64,000 bases of DNA from an uncultured Clostridia bacterium (lineage in GTDB: Bacteria > Bacillota > Clostridia > TANB77 > CAG-508): the NCBI GenBank assembly GCA_947627495.1, contig CANQWH010000001.1, forward strand, positions 5,332 through 69,331, written 5' to 3'. The position numbers and the translations under genes were made by a program. The notes beneath the pieces were generated by a model, which was not told where the DNA came from, did no database searches, and saw only the letters and a list, made by a program, of their open reading frames with translations. This document shows, piece by piece, positions 63,191 to 64,000 of this stretch (the stretch's first letter is position 1; the number at the start of each line of letters is the position of its first letter).

Positions 63191-64000
63191 ATGGGAATAT
63201 TAAGTAAAATTTTTAAATCATATAGTGAGAAAGAAGTAAATAGGATAAGACCAATAGTTGAAAAAATTAATGGATTAGAACCAGATATTCAAAAACTATC
63301 AGATACGGAATTAAGGAATAAGACAGAAGAATTTAAACAAAGATTGCAAAAAGGTGAAACATTAGATGATATTTTACCAGAAGCTTTTGCAGTTGTGAGA
63401 GAAGCATCTAAAAGGGTCTTAGGGATGAGACACTTTGATGTTCAATTAATAGGTGGAATAATATTGCATCAAGGTAGAATAGCAGAGATGAAAACAGGTG
63501 AAGGAAAAACCTTAGTTGCAACACTTCCAGTTTATTTAAATGCACTTACAGGAAAAGGAGTTCATGTAGTAACAGTAAATGACTATTTGGCAAAAAGAGA
63601 TAGTGAATGGATGGGAAAACTATATAGATTTTTAGGTTTAACTGTAGGTTTAATTGTTTCAAGAATGGAACCTTCAAAAAAGAAAGAAGCATATGCAGCA
63701 GATATAACTTATGGAACAAATAATGAATATGGATTTGATTATTTAAGAGATAATATGGTTATAAACAAAAACGATATAGTTCAAAGACCACTTAATTATG
63801 CAATAGTGGATGAGATTGATAGTATCTTAATAGATGAAGCACGTACTCCACTTATAATATCTGGAACAGCGGCAGAAAGTTCAAATTTATACAAATTAGC
63901 AAATGATTTTGTAAAACGTTTAAAACCAAAAACATTAGTAGAAGAGGATGCAAAGGATTTAGACCAAGCAGAAGATAATGAGAAATATGATTATGTAATA
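63191..64000 (+). CDS. secA: Preprotein translocase ATPase SecA. The N-terminal 270 aa are present and the gene continues beyond the window.
   Basis: [19 protein letters not shown]...[20 protein letters not shown] (Walker A) and RBS aaaaggtagg. Confidence 0.93.
   Translation, partial: MGILSKIFKSYSEKEVNRIRPIVEKINGLEPDIQKLSDTELRNKTEEFKQRLQKGETLDDILPEAFAVVREASKRVLGMRHFDVQLIGGIILHQGRIAEMKTGEGKTLVATLPVYLNALTGKGVHVVTVNDYLAKRDSEWMGKLYRFLGLTVGLIVSRMEPSKKKEAYAADITYGTNNEYGFDYLRDNMVINKNDIVQRPLNYAIVDEIDSILIDEARTPLIISGTAAESSNLYKLANDFVKRLKPKTLVEEDAKDLDQAEDNEKYDYVI

Overview
This 64-kb window is an AT-rich chromosomal segment from a low-GC Firmicute, probably Clostridia- or Tissierellia-like (AGGAGG-type ribosome-binding sites, some TTG/GTG starts, class II FabK next to FabI, a WhiA homologue). 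Coding is almost all housekeeping. In order: engB (partial), serS, an M50 protease, a beta-CASP RNase, a GH15 glucoamylase, rpsB-tsf, typA, a trmR/trhP-like tRNA U34 modification pair with a RelA/SpoT-domain gene inserted between them, topA, argS, upp, rsmD, ftsK and mtaB. These are followed by ssrA (tmRNA), tRNA-Met(CAT), rpsU, two M16 peptidases, fba, smpB, a short WhiA, hemW-nifS, an HD-GYP protein, a radical SAM protein, an SDR and a nucleoside phosphorylase. The window ends with a long fatty-acid synthesis cluster (acyl-CoA ligase, birA-like, fabD-fabG-fabF-accB-fabZ-accC-accD-accA-fabI-fabK), a decayed toxin-antitoxin/Rpn region, pgeF, a UDPGP-family gene, yitT and the 5' part of secA.

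Five things stand out:
- Three tandem genes (39975-42673) encode proteins built from near-identical 35-aa mTERF-like helical repeats. Variation is confined to a few codon positions per repeat.
- Two families of interspersed MITE/REP-like intergenic repeats are present. Family A (about 130-170 bp) has a GC-rich palindromic core and sits in most intergenic gaps of the fab/acc operon. Family B is about 165 bp.
- Four conserved genes (mtaB, hemW, the SDR and accA) each carry a +1 frameshift. Two are unambiguously a single extra C directly 5' of GG; the other two are consistent with the same event.
- The WhiA homologue lacks most of its first LAGLIDADG-like domain.
- A Phd/YefM-like antitoxin gene is followed by a toxin N-terminus fused to decayed Rpn-family nuclease remnants.

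No CRISPR array, prophage or integrase was seen.
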